Of a stretch of 64,000 bases of DNA, positions 19,647-27,999 are shown piece after piece. Both the position numbers and the translations under genes were made by a program. Each line of letters starts with the position of its first letter. Position 1 is the stretch's first letter. The stretch comes from Bacteroidota bacterium (lineage in GTDB: Bacteria > Bacteroidota > Bacteroidia > Bacteroidales > FEN-979): positions 41,620 to 105,619 of the forward strand of contig JAPLDH010000045.1 of assembly GCA_026391355.1 (NCBI GenBank). The letters are read 5' to 3'. Below the pieces are notes generated by a model. The model searched no databases. It was not told the origin of the DNA and saw nothing but the letters and a program-made list of their open reading frames with translations.

Positions 19647-20900
19647 GTGGATATTTTTGAAAAAGTAGTAAATAATGTAGGGGCTTTGGGTCAATATGCT
19701 GACTTTGGCTATGGATATTATTATTTCCCGAAACTTGAGGGAGAGATATCAAACCACATGACTTTCAGGGGGAAACCTTATATTGTGTGGAGTCTTAACA
19801 ATTATCTCGGATTGGCCAATCATCCGGAAGTACGGAAAGCGGATACAGAAGCCGCCGGGAAGTTTGGTTTGGGAGCCCCAATGGGGGCCAGGATGATGTC
19901 GGGCCATACAGTATATCACGAAGAGTTGGAGCGTGAGCTTGCTATTTTCGAGAAGAAAGAGGCTGCTTACTTGCTGAATTATGGCTACCAGGGCATGGTT
20001 TCTATCATTGATTCATTGGTCGACCGGCATGATGTAATTGTTTATGATTCTGATGCCCATGCCTGTATTATGGATGGTCTGCGGCTTCACATCGGGAAAA
20101 GGTTTGTGTATTCTCATAATGATCTCAATAGTTTCGAGAAACAATTGCAACGGGCTCAAAAAATAGTTTCACAAACTGGTGGAGGAATCCTGGTTATCAC
20201 AGAAGGTGTTTACGGAATGATTGGCGATCTGGGTAATCTGAAAGGAATACTTTCCTTAAAGGACAAATATAATTTTCGGTTGCTTGTTGATGATGCACAC
20301 GGTTTCGGAACCATGGGGGCTACCGGAGCAGGTACAGGCGAGGCCCAGGGAGTGATGGATGGGGTTGATATTCATTTTGGCACATTTGCAAAGGCAATGG
20401 CAGGGATCGGAGCCTTTGTGGCAAGTGAAAAAAAAATTATTAAAGTGTTGGCTTTTAAAATGAGATCTCAGATTTATGCAAAATCACTTCCATTGCCAAT
20501 GGTCGTGGGATCACTCAAACGGCTGGAATTAATCCGGACACAACCCGAACTTCGTGAAAAATTGTGGATCATTGTCAGGGCTTTGCAAACGGGCTTAAAG
20601 GAAAAAGGGTTCGATTTAGGCAAAACTGCTTCACCCGTTACTCCTGTTTTTATGAAGGGATCGGTTTTTGAGGCTACTCATATTGTCAATGATCTGCGCG
20701 AAAATTACGGTGTTTTTTGTTCAATCGTCATTTATCCGGTAGTACCGAAAGGGGTTATCATGCTCCGTCTTATACCTACTGCCATCCATACCCTGGAGGA
20801 TGTCCGTTACACTATTGAAAGTTTCTCAGCTATTCAGGAAAACCTCCAGGCAGGGAAATACAACAAAGATTTTATTCCTGATGTAGCAGACCCCTTTTGA
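19647..20900 (+). CDS. alpha-oxoamine synthase family PLP enzyme (serine palmitoyltransferase / KBL / BioF-like)
   Basis: Class-II aminotransferase fold motifs are present: SLNNYLGLANHPEV, DDAHGFGTMG and GTFAKAMAGIGAFV (PLP lysine). It uses a GTG start. In Bacteroidota this family makes sphingolipid or sulfonolipid long-chain bases, but the substrate cannot be read from the sequence. Confidence 0.85.
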   Translation: MDIFEKVVNNVGALGQYADFGYGYYYFPKLEGEISNHMTFRGKPYIVWSLNNYLGLANHPEVRKADTEAAGKFGLGAPMGARMMSGHTVYHEELERELAIFEKKEAAYLLNYGYQGMVSIIDSLVDRHDVIVYDSDAHACIMDGLRLHIGKRFVYSHNDLNSFEKQLQRAQKIVSQTGGGILVITEGVYGMIGDLGNLKGILSLKDKYNFRLLVDDAHGFGTMGATGAGTGEAQGVMDGVDIHFGTFAKAMAGIGAFVASEKKIIKVLAFKMRSQIYAKSLPLPMVVGSLKRLELIRTQPELREKLWIIVRALQTGLKEKGFDLGKTASPVTPVFMKGSVFEATHIVNDLRENYGVFCSIVIYPVVPKGVIMLRLIPTAIHTLEDVRYTIESFSAIQENLQAGKYNKDFIPDVADPF

Positions 20901-22087
20901 TCAGTAAAGGAGCTGAAATGGGAAATCGATCATCTGAAAATCGCTACTTGCCTGAATCTTTATTTATTATTTACAGGAAGATCCGCTATTTAAGAAAAAG
21001 GGGAACACTTTTTCATAAGAAGGCCTCACCCACTCTCTTCATACCGGTTCAGTATGAACCGGATTATTTCTATGAAAGAATTTATCGCATCTTTCGAAAA
21101 TTAAGGTTTCTGATTTCCACGGGAAAGTTATTTAAACGAAAGCAACTCGTCAAGACCGAACCGCAAGTCGAGAACACACGTCTGGCTTATAGAAAAATCC
21201 GCTATCTGGTGCGGAGAAGGTCGACCTGGAAATATTTTACATTATTGGGCAAAAGGTATATGAGGAGAAATTTCGGATTTCTGACCTTTTCCAACTATAA
21301 TTTTATCCTGATCAATTCAACTGCCATGTTTTTATTGGCTTACCTTTTCGTTCATCTGCTAACACAGTTAGGCATTGTACTTGCCGCTTCCAATTTCAAA
21401 ATCGATACGGTTATCTATTATTATGAAATCGATTTTCTAATCCGGGCGAGGGAATGGACCCCCGATGCAGTTCAGGTGGTTTATACCACAGGTCCGTTTA
21501 TTGGAGCTATTATTGCTTTTCTTTCATTCATCCTTTATACGAACATCATTGAAGAACTCTGGGTATCACGATTATTCATTCTTTGGGTTTTTTGCCATGC
21601 ATTTGTCCGTTTTTTCGGAGAATTCCTTGCAGGAAACCTGCTGGGAGAAGGTTTTGGGTATGTAGTGATGTATATGTTCTTTATGGATACTTCAAAAATG
21701 ATCCTGACTGTCTTTGCTTTTATTATCATGATGTTTACCGGGCTTGCCATGACCCGTCAGTTTTTGTTTACCGGCAATCTCTATTTCAATCTTTTGGATA
21801 AATCAAACAGGATGTCCTTTGTAAAGGCACAATATCTTTTTCCTTTCTTAATTGGTACATTAATCATAATTGCTGTAGAACTTCCAAAAGTTTCAGCTCT
21901 TGAAATATGTGTATTGGGATCGATGGCATTGGTATTGATTCCAACAGTCCTTCGTACACGGTTCATGCAAGATATCTATTATGAAGAAGAGCCAAAAAAA
22001 GTAAAAATATTCTGGAAAGCAGTTGCCTGGACTATTGTGCTTTTTTTCCTTTTCAGGGTAATATTCGGAATCGGGATCCGGTTATAA
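20897..22087 (+). CDS. polytopic membrane protein with triplicated basic N-terminal repeat (unknown function)
   Basis: A TTG at 20897 overlaps the upstream stop (TTGA); the alternative start is the ATG at 20918. N-terminal ~115 aa carry three copies of YRK(I/L)R(Y/F)L-x3-4-G/S-x-(L/W)(F/K)... About 7 hydrophobic helices follow. Confidence 0.6.
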   Translation: MISKGAEMGNRSSENRYLPESLFIIYRKIRYLRKRGTLFHKKASPTLFIPVQYEPDYFYERIYRIFRKLRFLISTGKLFKRKQLVKTEPQVENTRLAYRKIRYLVRRRSTWKYFTLLGKRYMRRNFGFLTFSNYNFILINSTAMFLLAYLFVHLLTQLGIVLAASNFKIDTVIYYYEIDFLIRAREWTPDAVQVVYTTGPFIGAIIAFLSFILYTNIIEELWVSRLFILWVFCHAFVRFFGEFLAGNLLGEGFGYVVMYMFFMDTSKMILTVFAFIIMMFTGLAMTRQFLFTGNLYFNLLDKSNRMSFVKAQYLFPFLIGTLIIIAVELPKVSALEICVLGSMALVLIPTVLRTRFMQDIYYEEEPKKVKIFWKAVAWTIVLFFLFRVIFGIGIRL

Positions 22088-22089
22088 AA

Positions 22090-23832
22090 CTAATTGATTA
22101 CCACTTTCGATTCATAGATAATCTTATCTGCATGGAGACGTATAAAATATAAGCCTTTCGACAGAGATTGTAGATCAAGTTGTACTGAATGGCTGTTCAG
22201 GTTGGTAAACGCATTCGAATAAACTGATTTTCCAATTGTATTAAACAGTTCCACCTTTACTCCTGCCGGAAGGTCCCCGGGAATTGATAAAACAGCATTT
22301 CCTTGTGAAGGGTTAGGATGCACAAGTGTATAATCCCAAATGATCTGATTGTCAACTCCACCAATATGTAAGGGTATCAATTTTACGTTAATCCTTTTGG
22401 TAGTGTGGTTTGTGACATTTACTCCATTAATGGTTTTCGGGAAATATCCGGGTGATGTAAAGGTGAGGTTATAAGTCCCTTGGTAAATAGGCCTGAAATA
22501 CCATCCTGATGGAAGAGCTGAGTAAACAAATGAACTGTCAGTATCATGATCAGGGATTTCCACCTTTGCCTTTAATGGATGCCGGGTAACTGAGTCGGTA
22601 ACCTGACCGTTAATGCCATTCCACGCTTCTTCAAAATAATCAAGGAAAGAACGAACGTTGTATTTCCAATAATTTAATAACGAATCAGCCGGTAATGTTT
22701 TTATTTCAGATATTTCAAGCGTTGCTTCACGTCCATGCCTGAAATAGGTTGTATAGTCCTGCCTTCCCCCTGTGATCTGGTACCAGTAGGAACCATTGGT
22801 AATTCCATTACTGTCCACATCCGTAAAATAGCCAGCAGGTCCATAATACTGGCAGGAATCGGCATACTCATGCGCAACAACCTGCCACCAACTGTCGTCA
22901 GGATGAAGTTTGTAATACCAATACCAAGTATCCCAAGGGTAATTAAAAACTTCAGCTCCACCATGAAAATTCAGTGACTCTACAAAATGGGTTTGTCCCT
23001 GATAATTCATAAATGCCTGTGTTTCAGGTTGCCATGGATTTCCATCGGGATGTTGGCCTGCCTGGGGATCGGGATAATTCCGGTTCAGGTTAACATTATT
23101 CGCGTTTTCACGGGTTGATCCGTTAACAGTATTATTTCCTCCGGCGTAAGTACCATCCGGATTGGCAAGCGGGTTGATGAAGATCTGGCAATTATTCACA
23201 AGGTTTGTGATTCTGGTATTATGGCCATAACCTGAAAGTAGTGAATCAATGAGATGAAGCATTAGTATATATCCGGTTGTTTCATCACCGTGCATGGATG
23301 ATGTGTAAAATACCTGGGGTTTACCTCGATCCACATTTACACTGTCACTGATCTTTACAGCAAGAAGGAGCCGTCCCTGCACGGAGGTTCCAATTGTATC
23401 CAGTTTACAGATGGCAGGATTTGAGGATACAAAACCATCCATTAAATCAAGATATTGCTGGTAAGTCGGGTAAAAGTTCCAAATGGTTCTCCCCCTGTCA
23501 TCCTTCTGCATTTTTCCCATGTTGAGATCGCTATCATTAAGCAGGCTGCCCGGGTTTGCCAGAATGGTATAGTCGTATTTCTGATCAAGAAATATTGAAA
23601 ATTCCTTTCGGTTTGCATAAGCGTAAACCTCATTTCCTTTGAAGTTATCAATGGAGATGATATTGGTTAATATATATACTTCACTTTTGTCTGCTACTTT
23701 GAATTTGAAATAGACCTCTCGCTTATTAGCGAAAATATTATCAAGGGTTTTGGCTTTATCAGTATTGACCTGAGCAAAACCTCTAAACAAAAATGATAGA
23801 AGAATACAGCATGTAAAAATTAGGCGCTTCAT
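22090..23832 (-). CDS. M14 zinc carboxypeptidase with T9SS C-terminal sorting domain
   Basis: Signal peptide, HGDETTG (HxxE zinc site), NRNYPD and NFHGG. The C-terminal ~80 aa form a T9SS-type CTD (VHPNPSQGNAVLSI...GLYFIRLHADKIIYESKVVIN). Confidence 0.85.
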   Translation of the reverse strand: MKRLIFTCCILLSFLFRGFAQVNTDKAKTLDNIFANKREVYFKFKVADKSEVYILTNIISIDNFKGNEVYAYANRKEFSIFLDQKYDYTILANPGSLLNDSDLNMGKMQKDDRGRTIWNFYPTYQQYLDLMDGFVSSNPAICKLDTIGTSVQGRLLLAVKISDSVNVDRGKPQVFYTSSMHGDETTGYILMLHLIDSLLSGYGHNTRITNLVNNCQIFINPLANPDGTYAGGNNTVNGSTRENANNVNLNRNYPDPQAGQHPDGNPWQPETQAFMNYQGQTHFVESLNFHGGAEVFNYPWDTWYWYYKLHPDDSWWQVVAHEYADSCQYYGPAGYFTDVDSNGITNGSYWYQITGGRQDYTTYFRHGREATLEISEIKTLPADSLLNYWKYNVRSFLDYFEEAWNGINGQVTDSVTRHPLKAKVEIPDHDTDSSFVYSALPSGWYFRPIYQGTYNLTFTSPGYFPKTINGVNVTNHTTKRINVKLIPLHIGGVDNQIIWDYTLVHPNPSQGNAVLSIPGDLPAGVKVELFNTIGKSVYSNAFTNLNSHSVQLDLQSLSKGLYFIRLHADKIIYESKVVIN

Positions 23833-24728
23833 AATTTTTCAATTTGATCGGTTACTTTCTTTATCAGGTTATAAGTATCTTTATTTACGCTAACCAATGG
23901 AAGACGAAGAATGTTAAAGCAAAATTGTTTGATTTCCAGCGCAGCTTTTATACCTCCGGGACTGCCATCCATGAACATGGCATTCATAAAGTCGAAAAGT
24001 TGAAAATGGATTTCACGGGCTTTTTGAAAATCGCCTCTCAATCCTGCACGAACCATCTCGGAAATTTCCCTTGGGTAAGCATTCGCTGCAACTGAAATTA
24101 ATCCATCAATTCCTGCAGCAAGCAAAGGCAAAGTTATACCATCATCCCCTGAAATAACCAGAAAATTATCAGGTTTTGATTTGAGTATCCTGAAAATCTG
24201 GTCAAAATTTCCAGAAGCCTCTTTTATCCCTATAATATTGGTATTATTGGTTGCAAGGCGGATTGTAGTCTCGGCTTGCATATTACTGCCGGTACGGCCA
24301 GGAACATTGTATAAAATAACAGGCACAGGACTGGCTTCTGCAATAGTTTTGAAATGCTCGTACAGACCTGTCTGTTGAGGTTTGTTATAATAAGGTGAAA
24401 CAGATAGAATTGCATCAACACCTTTAAATTGGGTAGCATGAATGTTCAGGACAACGTCGGATGTACTATTCCCTCCTATACCTATCACAAGAGGTACCCT
24501 CGACCTGACCTTCTCCACAGAAAATTCAATCAGGGTCTTCTTTTCCTCCTTCGACAATGTAGGCGACTCTCCTGTTGTCCCCATGACGACAAGGTATTCG
24601 ATTTCACCTGCGATAAGGTGATCGATGATTTTTTCAAATGCATTAAAATCAATCGAACTGTTCTTTTTAAACGGGGTTACCACCGCAACTCCGGTACCCT
24701 TCAGTTTAGTGGTTAACGGATGTATCAT
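23829..24728 (-). CDS. dapA: 4-hydroxy-tetrahydrodipicolinate synthase
   Basis: GTGVAVVTPF, VVMGTTGESPTLS, YNVPGRTG and the IIGIKEASG active-site lysine region. Its stop overlaps the start of the M14 gene by 4 nt. Confidence 0.93.
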   Translation of the reverse strand: MIHPLTTKLKGTGVAVVTPFKKNSSIDFNAFEKIIDHLIAGEIEYLVVMGTTGESPTLSKEEKKTLIEFSVEKVRSRVPLVIGIGGNSTSDVVLNIHATQFKGVDAILSVSPYYNKPQQTGLYEHFKTIAEASPVPVILYNVPGRTGSNMQAETTIRLATNNTNIIGIKEASGNFDQIFRILKSKPDNFLVISGDDGITLPLLAAGIDGLISVAANAYPREISEMVRAGLRGDFQKAREIHFQLFDFMNAMFMDGSPGGIKAALEIKQFCFNILRLPLVSVNKDTYNLIKKVTDQIEKL

Positions 24729-25269
24729 GGTTTATAACTGTCAGGTAATGAGTGATTTGTTTAATATAATCATTGAGAGGAAGTGAAGAATTAACCTCAA
24801 AGAGGAGATCGTAGTAATCGGTATTTTCTTCTGAATATTTTCCTACCCTGCAAAAAGCCCTTGATAATCCGGAGATGTATTTTAAAGGAAAAGTGTCCTG
24901 TAAACTCAGATCAATCAGAATGTCAAATTCTTTCCCGATGAAATCCTTAACTTTTGAGTGGATGGGTATAAAAAACCAGTTGATGTCCTTTTTTGAAAAA
25001 AAATCATACGATAATTTTGGTAAGAACCTGCTGATCAGATTTTTATTTCTTACAAATCCCAGGGCTTTTACTTCTTTATGTTTTTGTTGCAGTTGCGATA
25101 CAAAGTCTGAAACGACATTGTACATAGGAACATCATCAAAGGCATACAGGATACCGATCCGCTTTGCTTCTTCAAGGTTAATCATTTTATGGTATTGAGT
25201 CACCTTTGAAAGCTCCTTTTTAAAAAAATACTTACCGAAAAATGTCCTCAATCTGCTAAACATACCCAA
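24706..25269 (-). CDS. hypothetical protein (187 aa), conserved upstream partner of dapA
   Basis: Intact ORF overlapping the dapA start by 23 nt. I recognise no catalytic motif. Confidence 0.5.
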   Translation of the reverse strand: MGMFSRLRTFFGKYFFKKELSKVTQYHKMINLEEAKRIGILYAFDDVPMYNVVSDFVSQLQQKHKEVKALGFVRNKNLISRFLPKLSYDFFSKKDINWFFIPIHSKVKDFIGKEFDILIDLSLQDTFPLKYISGLSRAFCRVGKYSEENTDYYDLLFEVNSSLPLNDYIKQITHYLTVINHDTSVNH

Positions 25270-25446
25270 AGGCTAAATATGTAAAACCCTGTTTACACCA
25301 CAAAATTAACTTTTTCTGAAGAATTGAGACAGGCATTGTGGATATTTTATTAAAAACGGTTTGTTTGTAATTGTATTGCAGGGTCAGGAAAACATTCCGG
25401 TTAATGAATTTGAAAACAAGTAATTTTGTGGTTTAAATAACCTGAT

Positions 25447-26214
25447 GTGAAAATTACTTTTTTAGGAACAGGAACCTCCCAGGGAATACCCGTCATCGGT
25501 TGTGGTTGTGATGTATGCAGATCAGATGATCAGAGGGATCATCGTTTACGGACATCCATCCTGATTGAGACAGAAGGAAGACGTATGGTAATTGATTGTG
25601 GGCCTGACTTCCGGCAGCAAATGTTACGTGAAAATATTCATGCTATTGATGCGATTCTTATCACCCACGGTCATAAGGATCATATTGGTGGACTTGATGA
25701 TGTGAGGGCATTCAATTATGTTCTCCAGCGCCCCATGGAGCTTTATGCTGCCAGGGAGGTGCAAATGACTATCCATCAAGAATTTTCATATGCATTTGAT
25801 CTAAAAAACCGATATCCTGGAGTTCCTGAAATCAACATTCATCTTTTTGAAAACCTTCCGTTTGAAGTTAATGGGATTCATGTGATTCCGATTAAAGCAA
25901 CACACTACCAGGGTCATTATGTTTTTGGCTTCCGGATAAATAATTTCTCATATCTTACAGATGCTGTTGAAATTACAGAAACGGAAAAAGAGAAAATGCG
26001 TGGATCTGAGGTCATTGTGCTCAATGCGTTACGGAAGAAAAAGCACTATTCACATTTTAATCTTGAGCAATCTGTCAGAATATTAGAAGAACTCCGGCCC
26101 TCCAGGGGTTACCTGACTCATATCAGCCACCAGATGGGCAGGTATATCGAAGTTATGAAGGAATTACCGGGCTTTATTCAATTGGCATATGACGGTCTGC
26201 AGGTTGAATTCTGA
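25447..26214 (+). CDS. MBL-fold metallo-hydrolase (PhnP-like)
   Basis: GTG start. FLGTGTSQGIPVIGCGCDVC zinc-ribbon-like N-terminus and ITHGHKDHIGG (HxHxDH) metal site. Confidence 0.8.
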   Translation: MKITFLGTGTSQGIPVIGCGCDVCRSDDQRDHRLRTSILIETEGRRMVIDCGPDFRQQMLRENIHAIDAILITHGHKDHIGGLDDVRAFNYVLQRPMELYAAREVQMTIHQEFSYAFDLKNRYPGVPEINIHLFENLPFEVNGIHVIPIKATHYQGHYVFGFRINNFSYLTDAVEITETEKEKMRGSEVIVLNALRKKKHYSHFNLEQSVRILEELRPSRGYLTHISHQMGRYIEVMKELPGFIQLAYDGLQVEF

Positions 26215-26217
26215 CAG

Positions 26218-27897
26218 TTATAATTTTTTAACATGTTTCAGGGTCAACAGGTTCATTGGGTCGTTTCCCAGACCTGTAACGTTGTTCTGAACAAACCGCA
26301 ATACCTGGTCATAATAAAGTACTACAATGGCTGCATCCTCCATTATCAGTTGTTCCATTTGATGATAACAGGAATACCGAACGGAATCGTCGATAGCTGT
26401 CATCGCCTTTTCATACAGGCGATCGTAGGAAGAATTTGCAAAATGAGTATAGTTTGGTCCCTTTGGACAGAAATTCCCGCTGCAGAACAATGATAAATAA
26501 CTCTCTGCATCAGGATAATCCGCGATCCAGGAAGCACGAAAGAAAGGCAATTTTGCCTGTGCTTTCATCTCCTTTAGAGCTGCCGGGGGGTTAATATCTA
26601 TTTTCAGGTCGATCCCTGTCTCCGATGCCTGGTGTTGAATATACTTACAGATATCCAGGTATTCTGATGTTGCAGAAAGAACCAGGAGAGGTAATCCGTT
26701 ACCCCCTGGAAATCCGGCTTCAGTAAGAAACTTCCTTGCCAGTGCCGGATCATAATGATAATATTTTTGGGTGGAATCAAACCCAGGCATTCCTTTTGGG
26801 ATGATACCATTGATCCCCGGAGTACCGATATTATTCCTTAGAAACCGGATCATCTTCTCACGATCGAAACAACAATTGATTGCTTTGCGAATCCCAATCT
26901 GTTTTACAGGGCTCTGCTTAGTGATCAGAGATCCGGTATCTACAAGGAACCCAAGATATTCAGTATTAAGATATGGTTGAGAAATCAAATGAAACCTGGA
27001 ATTGTACTTAGGATTCATTTTTCCTTCAGGTGTCAGAAGTTCATCTTTATAACCGGGGTCAATCCCCGACATAAAATCCAGGTCACCCTTAATGAATTCA
27101 AGAAATGCAGATTGCTTATCCGGTAAAAAAGTGATGGCTACTGCATCGAGGTATGGGAGACGATGATCTTCTTCAAATTCAAAATATTCAGGGTTTTTCA
27201 CCAAAACCAGCTTTACCCCCTCCTTCCACATTTTAAATTTAAAAGGGCCTGTCCCAACAGGATTTTTCCTGAATTCATCCCCATAATATTTGATTGCTTC
27301 ATGTGGTACTGCAGAACAATAGATGGTTGTCAACAGACCAAGGAAAGGTGGAAAGGCCTTGTGAAGCCGGATAATAAAAGAAGAATCATCGGGGGCTGAA
27401 AATGAATCCTTCCCCATTTGCTGTTCAATACTGTTGAATACCCAGGATCCCGGGGAAGCCATCTTCGGATCTATAACTCTTCTGAAACTGTAAACAAAAT
27501 CAGATGCAATCACCCTCCTGCCCTTTTTTTCGCTAAATGCCGGATTATCATGAAAAAAGACGTCCTTCCTGAGGTGAAATGAATAAATACGACCCTCATC
27601 AGTAATCTCCCAGCTTTTGGCAATGCAAGGGATGATCTCAAGCCGGTCATTCAGTTGTACCAGGCCGGAAAAAAGCTGGTGTGTTGCCCAGATGTTGGCC
27701 TGATCCCTTGCAAAAGCCGGATCAAGGGAGGTAATATTTGCGGATTCGTTGTACCGGAAAACAGTGTTATTCCTGCCCTTATGGTCCTGTTCTGAACAAC
27801 CCGTCACAAAAATAAAGGACAGTAACAGAAGAAATGAAATAATTTTCGGAAAGAAATCTGAATTCACAGCAAATCTGTTTGATACCGTATCCTTCAA
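26218..27897 (-). CDS. ABC transporter substrate-binding lipoprotein, family 5 (peptide/nickel type)
   Basis: Lipobox (FVTGCSEQ), family-5 SBP length and motifs (GTGPFKF, NPEY). No cognate permease or ATPase is adjacent. Confidence 0.75.
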   Translation of the reverse strand: MKDTVSNRFAVNSDFFPKIISFLLLLSFIFVTGCSEQDHKGRNNTVFRYNESANITSLDPAFARDQANIWATHQLFSGLVQLNDRLEIIPCIAKSWEITDEGRIYSFHLRKDVFFHDNPAFSEKKGRRVIASDFVYSFRRVIDPKMASPGSWVFNSIEQQMGKDSFSAPDDSSFIIRLHKAFPPFLGLLTTIYCSAVPHEAIKYYGDEFRKNPVGTGPFKFKMWKEGVKLVLVKNPEYFEFEEDHRLPYLDAVAITFLPDKQSAFLEFIKGDLDFMSGIDPGYKDELLTPEGKMNPKYNSRFHLISQPYLNTEYLGFLVDTGSLITKQSPVKQIGIRKAINCCFDREKMIRFLRNNIGTPGINGIIPKGMPGFDSTQKYYHYDPALARKFLTEAGFPGGNGLPLLVLSATSEYLDICKYIQHQASETGIDLKIDINPPAALKEMKAQAKLPFFRASWIADYPDAESYLSLFCSGNFCPKGPNYTHFANSSYDRLYEKAMTAIDDSVRYSCYHQMEQLIMEDAAIVVLYYDQVLRFVQNNVTGLGNDPMNLLTLKHVKKL

Positions 27898-27969
27898 CCA
27901 GCAAAGGATGACAGCAAAAGTATCTTTTTTTTAAATCATTCGGAAATCAAAGCGAATCCGTTTATTTCA

Positions 27970-27977
27970 TAATTTTG
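27970..27977 (+). promoter_or_regulatory. putative -7 promoter box (TAATTTTG) for the first M1 peptidase gene
   Basis: TAATTTTG lies 22 nt upstream of the ATG at 28000. The same TAATTTTGTG string recurs upstream of the MBL gene at 25421. No clear -33 element. Confidence 0.3.
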
Positions 27978-27999
27978 TGAGAACAAACTAAACCCTGTC

